The notes under the pieces are model-generated. The model was not told where the DNA came from. It saw nothing but the letters and a program-made list of their open reading frames with translations, and did no database searches. From positions 672,316 to 736,315 of the forward strand of contig JACPDA010000004.1 in assembly GCA_016184225.1 (NCBI GenBank): 64,000 nt of DNA. Direction: 5' to 3'. The translations under genes and the position numbers were made by a program. Origin of the DNA: Candidatus Daviesbacteria bacterium. Lineage in GTDB: Bacteria; Patescibacteriota; Microgenomatia; Daviesbacterales; UBA10151. Below are positions 1-9,376 of this stretch, one piece after another (position 1 is the stretch's first letter; each line of letters starts with the position of its first letter).

Positions 1-1338
1 AGGGCTGTCAATAATATTGCCGATATTACCAATTTGGTCATGCTGGAATATGGCCAGCCTTCCCATGCTTTTGACGCCGCTACTATCAAGGATCAGGCTT
101 TAATCGTCCGGACTGCCAAAGAGGGGGAAAACCTAATTACTCTGGACGGTAAAACCAGAAAACTTCTTTCTTCGGATTTGCTGATTACTGATCCGGAAAA
201 GGCAGTAGGTTTGGCCGGAGTAATGGGAGGTAAAAACAGCGAAGTAACTGAGAAAACTGCCGAAATCCTTTTGGAAGTGGCCATTTTTGACCCTAAAACC
301 ATCAGAAAAACAGCCACCAGGCTTGGCTTACCCTCAGAAGCCGGCACCAGGTTCCAGCACGGTTTAACCGGAACAAGAGCCTTTCAGGCACTTAATGCAC
401 TGATCAGAACGTACCAACAATTGGGAGGAAAGCTGGAAGCCATTTCTATTGTGGACAACCTGGAAGAGAAAACAAAAACAGTCACCCTAACCCAGAAAAA
501 AGTAAATTCTCTTATTGGTATAGATATTCCACCAGCAGAAGTAGAATCATCACTTACCAAACTTGATTTTAAACTAGCTTCCCACTCGTCAACCCCGATT
601 AAATCGGGGTCAAGTGGGAACGTAGTTTGGGACGTAACAGTGCCATATTTCCGGCTGGATATTAATATTGAGGAAGATTTGATCGAAGAGGTAGCCAGGA
701 TGTATGGTTATGAAAAGATTCCCCCTCAGGAGCTTCAGGGCAAGCTGCCGGAAAAGATAGACCAATCCCTTTTTGATCTGATTTATAACCTAAGGCTTAA
801 GTTTGTGGAACTAGGGCTAACCGAAGTCCAAACTTATTCTTTCTATTCCACTCAAGTAATTAACGAATTACGAATGACGACTAACGATCTCATTAAAATT
901 GCCAACCCAATTTCCTCTGAGACAGAGTATTTAAGGGATGAAATTTGGCCCAACCTTTTGGAAAAAGCTGCTGAGAATTTAAAATACTTTAAGGAAGTAG
1001 CTATTTTTGAAGTAGGCAAGGCTTACCAGGCAAAACCGGAACTGAAAGAAGGATATCGATTATCCATACTTTTATCAGATGATTCCGGCGACCCCACTCC
1101 CGAGCTTTACCAAATTTTCCAGGAAACCATGTCACACCTTCCAGGTGAAAAATTGCAATTACACCTGGAAGGTGAAGCTGAGGAGCGGGAATTCTTTCAC
1201 CCAACCAGGTTTGCTGCTTTGGAAAAAGATGGAAAGGAGATTGGCTTTATAGCCGAAATCCATCCCCGGATTGCCAATAAATTCGGGATAGAAAAAAGGG
1301 TGGCTGTTTTAGAAATTAAAATACCGGATCGTCAATAG
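1..1338 (+). CDS. pheT: phenylalanine--tRNA ligase beta subunit, C-terminal portion (5' end lies outside window)
   Basis: ORF 34..1338 is open back to nt 1 in the same frame. It has a PheT-like B3/B4 region, a B5 region (EEDLIEEVARMYGYEKIP) and a C-terminal anticodon-binding-like region. Confidence 0.8.
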   Translation, partial: RAVNNIADITNLVMLEYGQPSHAFDAATIKDQALIVRTAKEGENLITLDGKTRKLLSSDLLITDPEKAVGLAGVMGGKNSEVTEKTAEILLEVAIFDPKTIRKTATRLGLPSEAGTRFQHGLTGTRAFQALNALIRTYQQLGGKLEAISIVDNLEEKTKTVTLTQKKVNSLIGIDIPPAEVESSLTKLDFKLASHSSTPIKSGSSGNVVWDVTVPYFRLDINIEEDLIEEVARMYGYEKIPPQELQGKLPEKIDQSLFDLIYNLRLKFVELGLTEVQTYSFYSTQVINELRMTTNDLIKIANPISSETEYLRDEIWPNLLEKAAENLKYFKEVAIFEVGKAYQAKPELKEGYRLSILLSDDSGDPTPELYQIFQETMSHLPGEKLQLHLEGEAEEREFFHPTRFAALEKDGKEIGFIAEIHPRIANKFGIEKRVAVLEIKIPDRQ

Positions 1339-1340
1339 CA

Positions 1341-1360
1341 TTCCGATCCCGGATCGGAGG
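1341..1360. repeat. REP-like palindrome, family A (TTCCGATCCCGGATCGGAGG)
   Basis: Perfect palindrome CCGATCC/GGATCGG between convergent pheT and the PBP gene. The same element recurs at 24763, 25526 and 28758. Confidence 0.7.
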
Positions 1361-1365
1361 TTTGC

Positions 1366-3921
1366 TTACAGCGCAACTGTTACCCCAATTGAAGAAGAAA
1401 ATATCCCGCCGCTGTTATCTTCCAAAGTGACTGTAATTGTATGGGACCCCTTATCACCTTGTGGAAATTCCACATGCAGGGCAAAAGGTTCGGCAGTTTG
1501 AGTTGATTTTTGATCCCCGTCTATCAACCAGGTGATTTTCTTAACTCCGGCAGGTGAATTGGCTCTGGCCAAGACATCAAATACCCTTGGCACATTAGCC
1601 CCATTACTAACGTTGACAATTTCAATCACCCCGCCTCCGCCGCTGGTAAACCCGGGTACTCCTGAACAGCCTCTGGTTGCTCCCACTAAACGGGCATCCG
1701 GAGCTGTTACCACCCACTCATCTATGCCTTTTTGCCACTTGTCCGCTCCGGTGGGATCATCCTCTTTCAAAACCACCACGTCTTTTTCTTCATTGTCCTC
1801 ATTATCATTAGCCAGCCTGTGAGGATTGCTCTTGCAAACTTTTTGCCGCTGGTAAGCGCTTGATTCACCCTTAGGCTCTGTCCCGGAAATGAAATATTCT
1901 TTTCTGGTGGGGGAGCCGCCATGCGGTTTTCCTGTCATTAAACCGTCCACCTCTACCTGGACGACATTGCTAGGTCTCTCAAATGGTTCATTTTGTTTAT
2001 CCTTTAAGCTAGCCTGCATAACCTTGTTCCAGATGGGAGAGGCGCCGGTGACACCGGAAGCCACCACCGGGCTCATTGCCGAATTGTCATTGTTTCCCAC
2101 CCAAACCCCTACCACTACCGAAGGGGTATACCCGACTGTCCAGTTATCCCTTTTTTCATCCGTGGTCCCGGTTTTTACTGCCACTACTTTACCGGGAATA
2201 TTTAAGACAGAGGTTGACCCGAAAGCGGCAGTTCTCGCCCCATTATCGGATAAGATATCGGAGATAATAAAAGCAATCCCGGAATCCAAAACTTTCCTGC
2301 CTTCCGCTTGATGAAACTCAAACAGAATTTTACCCTTGCTGTCGGTGACTTTCATAATAGATACAGGATCCAGCTGCCGGCCCTGGTTTGCCAGCACCGA
2401 ATAGGCCGAAGCCAAATCCAAAAGCCTGACCTCCCTCCCGCCCAAAACTAAGGACAGCCCCACTGAGTTAACATTCTCCTCCGACGGCTCCCAGGTTGTC
2501 AGTCCCATTCTATATCCCAGTTCCAACACATCCTTTACCCCCACCAAAGCTAAATTCTTCACAGCCGGAATATTGTAGGAATTACCCAAAGCATTCCTCA
2601 TCTGAACAGGTCCGCGGAATTGGCCGTCATAATTGACCGGGATATAGCTGGGCTTATCGCCTCCGGGGAACTCTGTCTTGACATCGATATAAACCTGGGC
2701 CGGCGTGTAACCTTCTTCCAAAGCTTTTGAATAGGCGATCGGTTTGGTGGCAGAACCTGGCTGCCTGGTTTGGATGGCCACATTAACATTCGGCTCAAAG
2801 GTGCAGGTTGCCCCTTCAGCGCACCCCTCTGGCAGGGAATCACCAAAATAATCCTTGCTTCCTACCATGGATAAGATCTGGCCGGTTTTGGGATCCAGGA
2901 CAACTGCAGCCCCGTTGCCTACTTTAGCCGAACCTAAATTTTCAACTTCTTTTTTGACTATTTCTTCTACCTGTTTTTGCAGCTTGTAATCCAGGGTGGT
3001 GGTAACACGAAGGCCGCCTCCCTCCACCATTTTATCCCCGAATTGCTCTATTAATTTTTCCTTTACATAAAGGACAAAATGCGGAGCCTTAAAGCCTTGT
3101 TCACTGCTGCCGGTTCGGTAAGTCAGCTGTTCCTGGGCGGCTGCTTTTGCCTGCTCTTTCGAAATATACCCATCTTCCACCATCCGGTTTAAAACTTCCT
3201 TCTGTCTGGTTCTGGCCAACTCAGGCCGGGTGCCATAAGGAGAATAAACAGAAGGCCGTTGCGGCAATCCTGCCAGTAAAGCAGCCTGCGCCAAATCTAA
3301 ATCCCTAGCAGATTTTCCAAAGTATAAGTTAGCGGCTGCTTCTATCCCATAAGCCGTACCGCCGTAAGGAATCTCATTTAGATACATCTCCAAAATCTCA
3401 TCCTTACTGTAAGAGCGCTCAACCTGGATGGCTAAAATAAACTCTTTAAGCTTACGGGTCAGAGTCCGCTCTCCCGAAAGCAGGGCATTTTTCACCAGCT
3501 GTTGGGTTAGAGTTGACCCCCCTTCAACCCGGCGGCGGACTACCAGGTCAAAAACAGCCCTGGATATGCCGGTAACTGAGAAACCTCCATGGGAATAAAA
3601 GTCCTTATCCTCAATAGCAATGGTTGACTCTTTGACATGCTCGGGAATATCCGGAAGCTTAATAGGAGTCCTGTTTTGATCCTGGTAGATATCATAAAGA
3701 AGTTCGTTGTCCCTGTCATAAATTTTGGTAGCCTGGGCAATTTGGCGGTTGGTAAGATCAGAAGGGTTGGGGATTTGGGTAGCAAAGAAAATCACTGCGG
3801 CAAAAAGGGCCAGCAGCGAACCTACCACAATCAGCAGCAAGCTGGTTGACAGGTGGGATAAAAACTTAAATTTCCAGATTCTTTTATTAACCTGCCTAAG
3901 CTTCCATGAGCCGGGAGTCAT
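1366..3921 (-). CDS. class A penicillin-binding protein (PBP1A-type transglycosylase/transpeptidase) with C-terminal extension
   Basis: N-terminal TM anchor, a GT51 transglycosylase region (GGSTLTQQLVKN, RKLKEFILAIQVE) and a transpeptidase region (SxxK-like GSATKP), followed by an about 200-aa C-terminal beta-rich domain. Confidence 0.8.
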   Translation of the reverse strand: MTPGSWKLRQVNKRIWKFKFLSHLSTSLLLIVVGSLLALFAAVIFFATQIPNPSDLTNRQIAQATKIYDRDNELLYDIYQDQNRTPIKLPDIPEHVKESTIAIEDKDFYSHGGFSVTGISRAVFDLVVRRRVEGGSTLTQQLVKNALLSGERTLTRKLKEFILAIQVERSYSKDEILEMYLNEIPYGGTAYGIEAAANLYFGKSARDLDLAQAALLAGLPQRPSVYSPYGTRPELARTRQKEVLNRMVEDGYISKEQAKAAAQEQLTYRTGSSEQGFKAPHFVLYVKEKLIEQFGDKMVEGGGLRVTTTLDYKLQKQVEEIVKKEVENLGSAKVGNGAAVVLDPKTGQILSMVGSKDYFGDSLPEGCAEGATCTFEPNVNVAIQTRQPGSATKPIAYSKALEEGYTPAQVYIDVKTEFPGGDKPSYIPVNYDGQFRGPVQMRNALGNSYNIPAVKNLALVGVKDVLELGYRMGLTTWEPSEENVNSVGLSLVLGGREVRLLDLASAYSVLANQGRQLDPVSIMKVTDSKGKILFEFHQAEGRKVLDSGIAFIISDILSDNGARTAAFGSTSVLNIPGKVVAVKTGTTDEKRDNWTVGYTPSVVVGVWVGNNDNSAMSPVVASGVTGASPIWNKVMQASLKDKQNEPFERPSNVVQVEVDGLMTGKPHGGSPTRKEYFISGTEPKGESSAYQRQKVCKSNPHRLANDNEDNEEKDVVVLKEDDPTGADKWQKGIDEWVVTAPDARLVGATRGCSGVPGFTSGGGGVIEIVNVSNGANVPRVFDVLARANSPAGVKKITWLIDGDQKSTQTAEPFALHVEFPQGDKGSHTITVTLEDNSGGIFSSSIGVTVAL

Positions 3922-3943
3922 AAAGAAATTATATCAATTTTCA

Positions 3944-4633
3944 TCAAAAGATGTTTGGGAGGGATTCTTCTTCTTTAGATAAAATGGTTTCTTTCTCCAA
4001 CCTTTCCATATTCGTAATAACCAAAAAAGGCCGCTTGTTGTTAATCAGGCCCCCGTTTTCAAACTCTTTCATCACCAAACTGGTCGTTTCCCTGGTCAAA
4101 CAAGCCAGGCTGGCAATAACCTGGTGGGTCAGAGGAAGCTCAATAGTCACTTGACCGGTTTCGCTTTTCCTGCCGAAACGCTTGGCAGCTACGACTAAAG
4201 CCGTGGCTACCTTATTGTAAGCATTGCCAAAAAGCAGCGATTCCATCACCCCTAACAACCCGTCCAAACCAATCAGGATCCGCCTGGTCAACTCATAAAG
4301 CACCTCAGGGTCGCGCCGGATAAATTCAAGCAGCTGGTCCTTGGGAGCCCGCCACAGCTCGATTTCTGTCAGCGCTTCAAAATAATGGCTGTTTTGGGCG
4401 CCGCCGATCGCCCACATCATGGAAAAGTAACACCCCGGTTTTAGGACATTGAAAGTTAATTCCTGGCCGCTGGGGGAAACCGTGTAAAGCCTGGCATGGC
4501 CGTCTTTGAGATAAAAAACTCCCGGAGGATCGTCGTCTGCACGAATGATCATTTCCTTCTTCTTATAGAAACGCTTAGTGGCAAACTGCGAGTAAAAGTT
4601 TTCCAGCTTTTCAATGGCTTTAGGTTCATCCAT
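3944..4633 (-). CDS. Crp/Fnr-family transcriptional regulator (cNMP-binding domain plus HTH)
   Basis: cNMP-binding beta-barrel signature (FYLKDGHARLYTVSPSGQELTFNVLKPG) and a C-terminal HTH region. The longer ORF 3944..4774 probably starts at the internal Met (MDEPKAIEKL) at 4633. Confidence 0.65.
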   Translation of the reverse strand: MDEPKAIEKLENFYSQFATKRFYKKKEMIIRADDDPPGVFYLKDGHARLYTVSPSGQELTFNVLKPGCYFSMMWAIGGAQNSHYFEALTEIELWRAPKDQLLEFIRRDPEVLYELTRRILIGLDGLLGVMESLLFGNAYNKVATALVVAAKRFGRKSETGQVTIELPLTHQVIASLACLTRETTSLVMKEFENGGLINNKRPFLVITNMERLEKETILSKEEESLPNIF

Positions 4634-4660
4634 CCGGGCTATTTTACTACATTTGACATT

Positions 4661-4676
4661 TGTAAGCAAAATCACA
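4661..4676. promoter_or_regulatory. CRP-like palindromic operator TGTAA-N6-TCACA
   Basis: TGTAAGCAAAATCACA matches TGTGA-N6-TCACA with one mismatch. It lies in the divergent intergenic region between the Crp/Fnr-like gene and the 903-aa surface protein gene, with a TTGACA hexamer immediately upstream at 4653-4658. Confidence 0.4.
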
Positions 4677-4761
4677 AATTTTTTGCAATCTGTCTGACGG
4701 AACTTTTTTACCCTTCGGGATATTCTGTGTTTGGTCAAAAAACCGGGAAGGAGGTGAAAAA

Positions 4762-7473
4762 ATGAAAAAAACAAATAATTTTTTTACAAAGTTTATATAT
4801 TTAGCAGCTGTCCAACTGATTTTAGTTTCCCAGCTTTTGGTCATCGCAGTTGCCATAACAGCTAACCCTATTTATGCGGAAAGCGGTTCCGGCTCAGACG
4901 GCCAAACAGTAATCGAGGAATCTAATAGTGGAAGCAGTTCATCAGAAGAGACGAACTCCGGCAGCGGAACATCCGGTGGAGATACGACACCTACTGATGA
5001 AAGCGCAGGAGCTTCTGAGCAGACAGCTGATACCACTGACCCCAATGCAGCAGACGGAAGTAATTCAGGCAGCGGCAGCAGCTCATCTAATGATGAGAAT
5101 ATCACAACAGAGGAGCCGACAACTGACGTATCAGATCCTAACTTAGCAGACGGAAGCAATTCTGGCTCAGGTAGCCAAGAAGAGCAAACCAGTAACTCCG
5201 GTTCAGGAAATACTGATAGTCAAGTTCAGGAAAATGAAGAGCCAGTTGCTGGCGAAGAGCCTATTGCTGGTGAGGAACCAGTTATCTCTCTACCAGTTAT
5301 TTCTAATGAAGAGCAGGCAGGCGGCACCCAGGATGCCCCGGGTGATACCATCCATGTAGCGCCTGAAGGCACTGCGCCTGAGGGAACACCAACAACAATC
5401 CTGGATCAAGTAACGGTTCCGGCAGCAGGTGAAATAGATCCTGCCACCGGTTTTCCGGCAGCTTACCAGGATGCAACAGGTATTGCAGTCGTTCCTTGTC
5501 TTGACGGCACGGATCCAAACTGTGTCTTACCAGGAGCGGGTGAGGAGCCAAATTTTGATCCTTCCCAACCCACGGTTTTAGACAGCAATTTCCCGTCCGA
5601 GTTTTTCTACTGGATCGCTGAATCAGATCTATTAGAAACTCCGAATGGAGGAAAAACCTTTATCAGAACAGCCGTTGAAGGGGCCTTCTTAAATGAAGAG
5701 CCTGTTGACGGTGACCAAATGGTCTTTGGCAGGATCAGGGTAACAGGTACAGGCTTAGAGCCTAACTCAGAATATACCGTCACCCATCCTTACGGTGTTG
5801 ATACTTACACAACGGATGAGGGGGGTATAATCAAAAGAGGTGAGGGCACACAGGACATTGGTTGTTTTGGGGCTCCCTGCAATTTTGCAGAGGCCTTAGG
5901 CAGCCCTGTCTTTGAAAACTTTCTGCGATGGGATTCCGGCGCACCGGCAGGCTACTTAGGCGATGCGGCTACTCCACACACAGTGGTAGGCAGCCCAACA
6001 GGCCAAAACTTCTTCCGGATTGAAGGTCCGGGACTACCTTTAGAGGGGTTATTTACTAACCTCTTTGCGGTAGCCGGGAAACTTTTATCCGGGGAATTTC
6101 TACCAGGAGTACCGCAAGCAGGCGGTGAAGCTCCGGCAGAGGTCGCACCAGGCGCAAGCGAAGCAGGAACTGTTGACGAAACAACCGGTTTTCCGGCTTC
6201 TTACCAGGATGCCTTGGGTACTTCGGTTGTCAGTTGCCTTGACGGCACTGATCCGAATTGTGTATTGCCAGCAGCAGGGGAGGAGGCGGGTTTTGACCCG
6301 ACCCAGCCAACTGAGCTGGGAACCAATTTCCCGTCCGAGTTTTTCTACTGGATCGCTGAATCAGATCTATTAGAAACTCCGAATGGAGGAAAAACTTTCT
6401 TCCGGATGGCAGTTGAAGGGGCCTTCCTAAACGAAGAGCCTCTAGCAGGTGACCAGATGGTCTTCGGCAGACTCAGATTAACAGGCACCGGACTTGAACC
6501 GAATTCGGTTTACACAGTGACCCATCCTTACGGGGTGGACACTTATGTGACTGATGAGTTGGGGATAGTCCGAAGAGGAGAAGGGACAGAAGATATCGGC
6601 TGTTTTGGTGCACCCTGCAACTTTGCAGCGGCACTTCAGAGCCGAGTCTTTGAAGGATTCCTGAGATGGGATTCCGGCGCACCGGCAGGCTACTTAGGCG
6701 ATGCGGTTACCCCGCATACCGTAACAGGCAGCCCAACCGGAAATAACTTCTTCCGGATTGAAGGACCGGGACTGGGAGAGGGAGGACTATTCACCAACCT
6801 TTTCACAGTAGCTGGTAAACTTGCCAGCACTATCGGTTCTACAATCAGCGGGATAGTTGATACTGTCCTGCCAGGAGTGGAACCGATCATTGATACGGAC
6901 CTACCGAGCGATATTGTAGCCGATGCTCCTGATACAGAAGTAATTCCTGTTCCCGACCCCGTAGCTGAAACTCCGACTACAGAAGCAGCGGAGAATGAAG
7001 TCACGGAATCTGTTGAGCAAGAAGCAGGAGTGGAGCTTACTGCAACTGAGGCATTAGCATCTGCGCAACCAACTGTGGATGCCACTGCGGACAATTCCGA
7101 CAGTAATGATACTAGCCAGCAGAGCAGTAACCAAGCTCAAACAGCTGCATCTGGCAGCTCTGATAACAACTCAGGCAGCGGATCATCCGACTCAAACAGC
7201 GGTACATCCGGCAGTTCTGAAGTTGAGCAGAGAGGCAGCGAAACAGAAGGCGAGGTAGCTAATAACGCTCTGGTTCTTGGCGCAGAGGCGCTGGCAGTTA
7301 CTGAAGAAGAATCTTCAGAAGAGGTTGCAGACGGCGAACAATCACAACAGGCAAACACCAATCCTTGGGAAACTTTCCCGGCTTTAGTCGTAATGGCTAG
7401 TGCCGTAGGATTCCTATTTTGGAAGACGATTGCCGGTCTAGGCTTAAATCCGAAAGGACTCCGGTTTAGATAA
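4762..7473 (+). CDS. large secreted/surface protein with signal peptide, Ser/Gly/Thr-rich linkers, two tandem ~250-aa repeats and a C-terminal TM anchor
   Basis: Strong RBS GGAAGGAGGTG at 4749-4758. N-terminal hydrophobic signal, internal duplicated domain (GFPAAYQDATG...FFRIEGPGL twice) and a C-terminal hydrophobic helix with basic tail (ALVVMASAVGFLFWKTIAGLGLNPKGLRFR). Confidence 0.75.
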   Translation: MKKTNNFFTKFIYLAAVQLILVSQLLVIAVAITANPIYAESGSGSDGQTVIEESNSGSSSSEETNSGSGTSGGDTTPTDESAGASEQTADTTDPNAADGSNSGSGSSSSNDENITTEEPTTDVSDPNLADGSNSGSGSQEEQTSNSGSGNTDSQVQENEEPVAGEEPIAGEEPVISLPVISNEEQAGGTQDAPGDTIHVAPEGTAPEGTPTTILDQVTVPAAGEIDPATGFPAAYQDATGIAVVPCLDGTDPNCVLPGAGEEPNFDPSQPTVLDSNFPSEFFYWIAESDLLETPNGGKTFIRTAVEGAFLNEEPVDGDQMVFGRIRVTGTGLEPNSEYTVTHPYGVDTYTTDEGGIIKRGEGTQDIGCFGAPCNFAEALGSPVFENFLRWDSGAPAGYLGDAATPHTVVGSPTGQNFFRIEGPGLPLEGLFTNLFAVAGKLLSGEFLPGVPQAGGEAPAEVAPGASEAGTVDETTGFPASYQDALGTSVVSCLDGTDPNCVLPAAGEEAGFDPTQPTELGTNFPSEFFYWIAESDLLETPNGGKTFFRMAVEGAFLNEEPLAGDQMVFGRLRLTGTGLEPNSVYTVTHPYGVDTYVTDELGIVRRGEGTEDIGCFGAPCNFAAALQSRVFEGFLRWDSGAPAGYLGDAVTPHTVTGSPTGNNFFRIEGPGLGEGGLFTNLFTVAGKLASTIGSTISGIVDTVLPGVEPIIDTDLPSDIVADAPDTEVIPVPDPVAETPTTEAAENEVTESVEQEAGVELTATEALASAQPTVDATADNSDSNDTSQQSSNQAQTAASGSSDNNSGSGSSDSNSGTSGSSEVEQRGSETEGEVANNALVLGAEALAVTEEESSEEVADGEQSQQANTNPWETFPALVVMASAVGFLFWKTIAGLGLNPKGLRFR

Positions 7474-7493
7474 TTTGCGGTTGTTAGAAAAAA

Positions 7494-7527
7494 ATGACTC
7501 TTCCTGAAAATGGAAGAGTCATTTTTG
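7494..7527 (+). terminator. rho-independent terminator (potentially bidirectional)
   Basis: 11-bp perfect stem ATGACTCTTCC/GGAAGAGTCAT with a 7-nt loop, followed by TTTTT and preceded by an A-run, directly after the surface protein stop. Confidence 0.8.
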
Positions 7528-7583
7528 TGGCTAGTAAATAACCCGTAGAAATAACGGGAGAAATTGGATATAATTGAGCTTAT

Positions 7584-7666
7584 CCGGAGGTGGCAGAGTG
7601 GCCAATCGCAACAGACTGTAAATCTGTCGGGTTTTCCCTACGAAGGTTCGAATCCTTCCCTCCGGA
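7584..7666 (+). tRNA. tRNA-Tyr (anticodon GTA), type II with long variable arm
   Basis: Acceptor stem CCGGAGG/CCTCCGG with discriminator A. Anticodon stem ACAGA/TCTGT with loop CTGTAAA (anticodon GTA). T-arm GAAGG-TTCGAAT-CCTTC. Strong similarity to bacterial tRNA-Tyr. CCA is not encoded. Confidence 0.9.
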
Positions 7667-7680
7667 CACAACCCTATAGT

Positions 7681-7709
7681 TTGACAACTACTTACAAATT
7701 AGATATAAT
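7681..7709 (+). promoter_or_regulatory. consensus sigma70-type promoter TTGACA-N17-TATAAT
   Basis: Perfect -35 (7681-7686) and -10 (7704-7709) hexamers with a 17-nt spacer. The ATG of the next gene is at 7719, which implies a leaderless or near-leaderless mRNA. Confidence 0.6.
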
Positions 7710-7718
7710 GCCTCAGTT

Positions 7719-8849
7719 ATGAGTCTTACACCTGACCGCGAGCGGTTATTTGAAGAGATATTAGCCCAATTACATTTTCAAGCTGAAGTCTACCCTTTAG
7801 AGGATAAATTTGATCGTATACCCCTCAGTCTTTCTAGAATTTTTGTGTTAGATGTTACTAAGGTTCCTGGTTGTCATTATGGTTTGAGAAATGTTTTTGT
7901 CCCAATAATTAAAAATCTTGAAGAAATTCGAAATAAAGGGAGGACTCGAGTTACTCCGGATAATGCAATTCTAGTTGAACCAAGTACAGGTAATGGCTGG
8001 GTAGCCTTTAGTGATGCTGCCGAAGCTTTAGGTTACGAACATTTAGTGGTAATGCCTGACGGTTTACCTGAGGCAAGATATAAACATCCCTCCGGTAGAC
8101 TTGTGAAGATCATTAAAACCTCTAAAGAACTTTATGCCAAAGGTATGCCACTTCAGCTTAAATCCATGCTAGATAGTAACCCTGACCGAATAAAGAATGG
8201 AGAAAAAATTTATGTTTCTCCGAATCATGCAGTGGCGGCGCACAATCTTGCTGCAAGTACCATGGCAGAGTTAGGTAAACAATTAGTTGACCAACTTAAG
8301 CCGAAGAGGCCTTTAACAGTGGTTGCCTCAATGGGAAATGGGGCTAGTATCTGTGCCTTAGGGGAATATGTCATGACTCATACCGCCCTAGCTAAAATTA
8401 TAGCCACAGAATCTTTTGCTTATGGGGGCGGCTATGATTGGTTTGCCAGACAACATCCTCCTTTTTGGAGAAGATATGCCGAGATTTTCGGTTTTGAGCC
8501 GGGAAATCCAGTATTATTAACGGGTTTTAAAACCTGGGGAACCAATGCACCTATCGGAATTAGGTTACCCTTACAGGCCCGGGCTATCGAAGGGTCATTA
8601 CTTAGCGATTATTCCTTATTTACTGATAATGATGTTCTTGCCGCGTATGATAAAGGTCCCACCACAGCTATGATATCTATGATGGAAGGAGTAGCACCAA
8701 GGTTATTACCAAACTATAGCAACTTACCATCCTGTCTAATAGATACCTATGGAAATTCTACTTTAGCCAATATTGCTGTTGCTGAACGAGCTCAAGAACC
8801 GGGCAGAATTACAGTTGCAATGGCATATGATTCCAGAAACAACTATTAA
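7719..8849 (+). CDS. divergent fold-type II PLP-dependent enzyme-like protein (cysteine synthase/Trp synthase beta superfamily), function unknown
   Basis: Motifs resemble PALP nucleotide/PLP-binding loops (ILVEPSTGNGWVAFSDAA, VVASMGNGASICALGEYV). The canonical Schiff-base lysine context is not obvious, so assignment is weak. Confidence 0.35.
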   Translation: MSLTPDRERLFEEILAQLHFQAEVYPLEDKFDRIPLSLSRIFVLDVTKVPGCHYGLRNVFVPIIKNLEEIRNKGRTRVTPDNAILVEPSTGNGWVAFSDAAEALGYEHLVVMPDGLPEARYKHPSGRLVKIIKTSKELYAKGMPLQLKSMLDSNPDRIKNGEKIYVSPNHAVAAHNLAASTMAELGKQLVDQLKPKRPLTVVASMGNGASICALGEYVMTHTALAKIIATESFAYGGGYDWFARQHPPFWRRYAEIFGFEPGNPVLLTGFKTWGTNAPIGIRLPLQARAIEGSLLSDYSLFTDNDVLAAYDKGPTTAMISMMEGVAPRLLPNYSNLPSCLIDTYGNSTLANIAVAERAQEPGRITVAMAYDSRNNY

Positions 8850-8905
8850 AGTAAGTTTTGTAAATTTGCATCTCCTCAAATGATAAGCTTAGGATAAGGG
8901 TTCGA

Positions 8906-9358
8906 CTAGCGGCCACCGAATTTGCCGGATCTTTTGACTAATTTGGCTACAAAGACAATCTCCCGCATCTCTCCGTCTTCTCCCTCAATCTGGTTAGAAC
9001 CTGATAGCCTTTGGTACTCACGGAGGTAATCTGATAAACCCTCTCTCAATTCTTTTTGTTCTGACTTTAAGGATTTTAATTTATTGGCAAAATCCGCCAC
9101 ATCAACCCTTTTCATGATTTCTTTTTTGGTATTAGACCTGATCCTGGCAGCTTCTTTGGCTAGCTTGTCATGCTCCTGATAAGTTTCATCCTGGGCAAAA
9201 ATATCATCCAGCATGTCCTTATGTTTGGTAATTTCCTCTTTTAACTCTGCAATCTGGGATAGATGGGTTTTAATCATCTCCTCGATCTTCGAAAGCAGAA
9301 CTGCATCATTGCTATCCATTGAGCCACCATCATAGCCAGAAAGTAGGCAAAAAAGCAA
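8906..9358 (-). CDS. hypothetical coiled-coil protein
   Basis: Highly charged heptad-like sequence (KEEITKHKDMLDDIFAQDETYQEHDKLAKEAARIR). An alternative start at the internal Met (MDSND) is at 9319. Confidence 0.4.
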   Translation of the reverse strand: MLFCLLSGYDGGSMDSNDAVLLSKIEEMIKTHLSQIAELKEEITKHKDMLDDIFAQDETYQEHDKLAKEAARIRSNTKKEIMKRVDVADFANKLKSLKSEQKELREGLSDYLREYQRLSGSNQIEGEDGEMREIVFVAKLVKRSGKFGGR

Positions 9359-9376
9359 GAGGCTGGAAAAAAGATA

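Noticed and set aside
1532-2311. 96-aa and 140-aa + strand ORFs
   Set aside because: Both are embedded antisense within the well-supported PBP1A gene.
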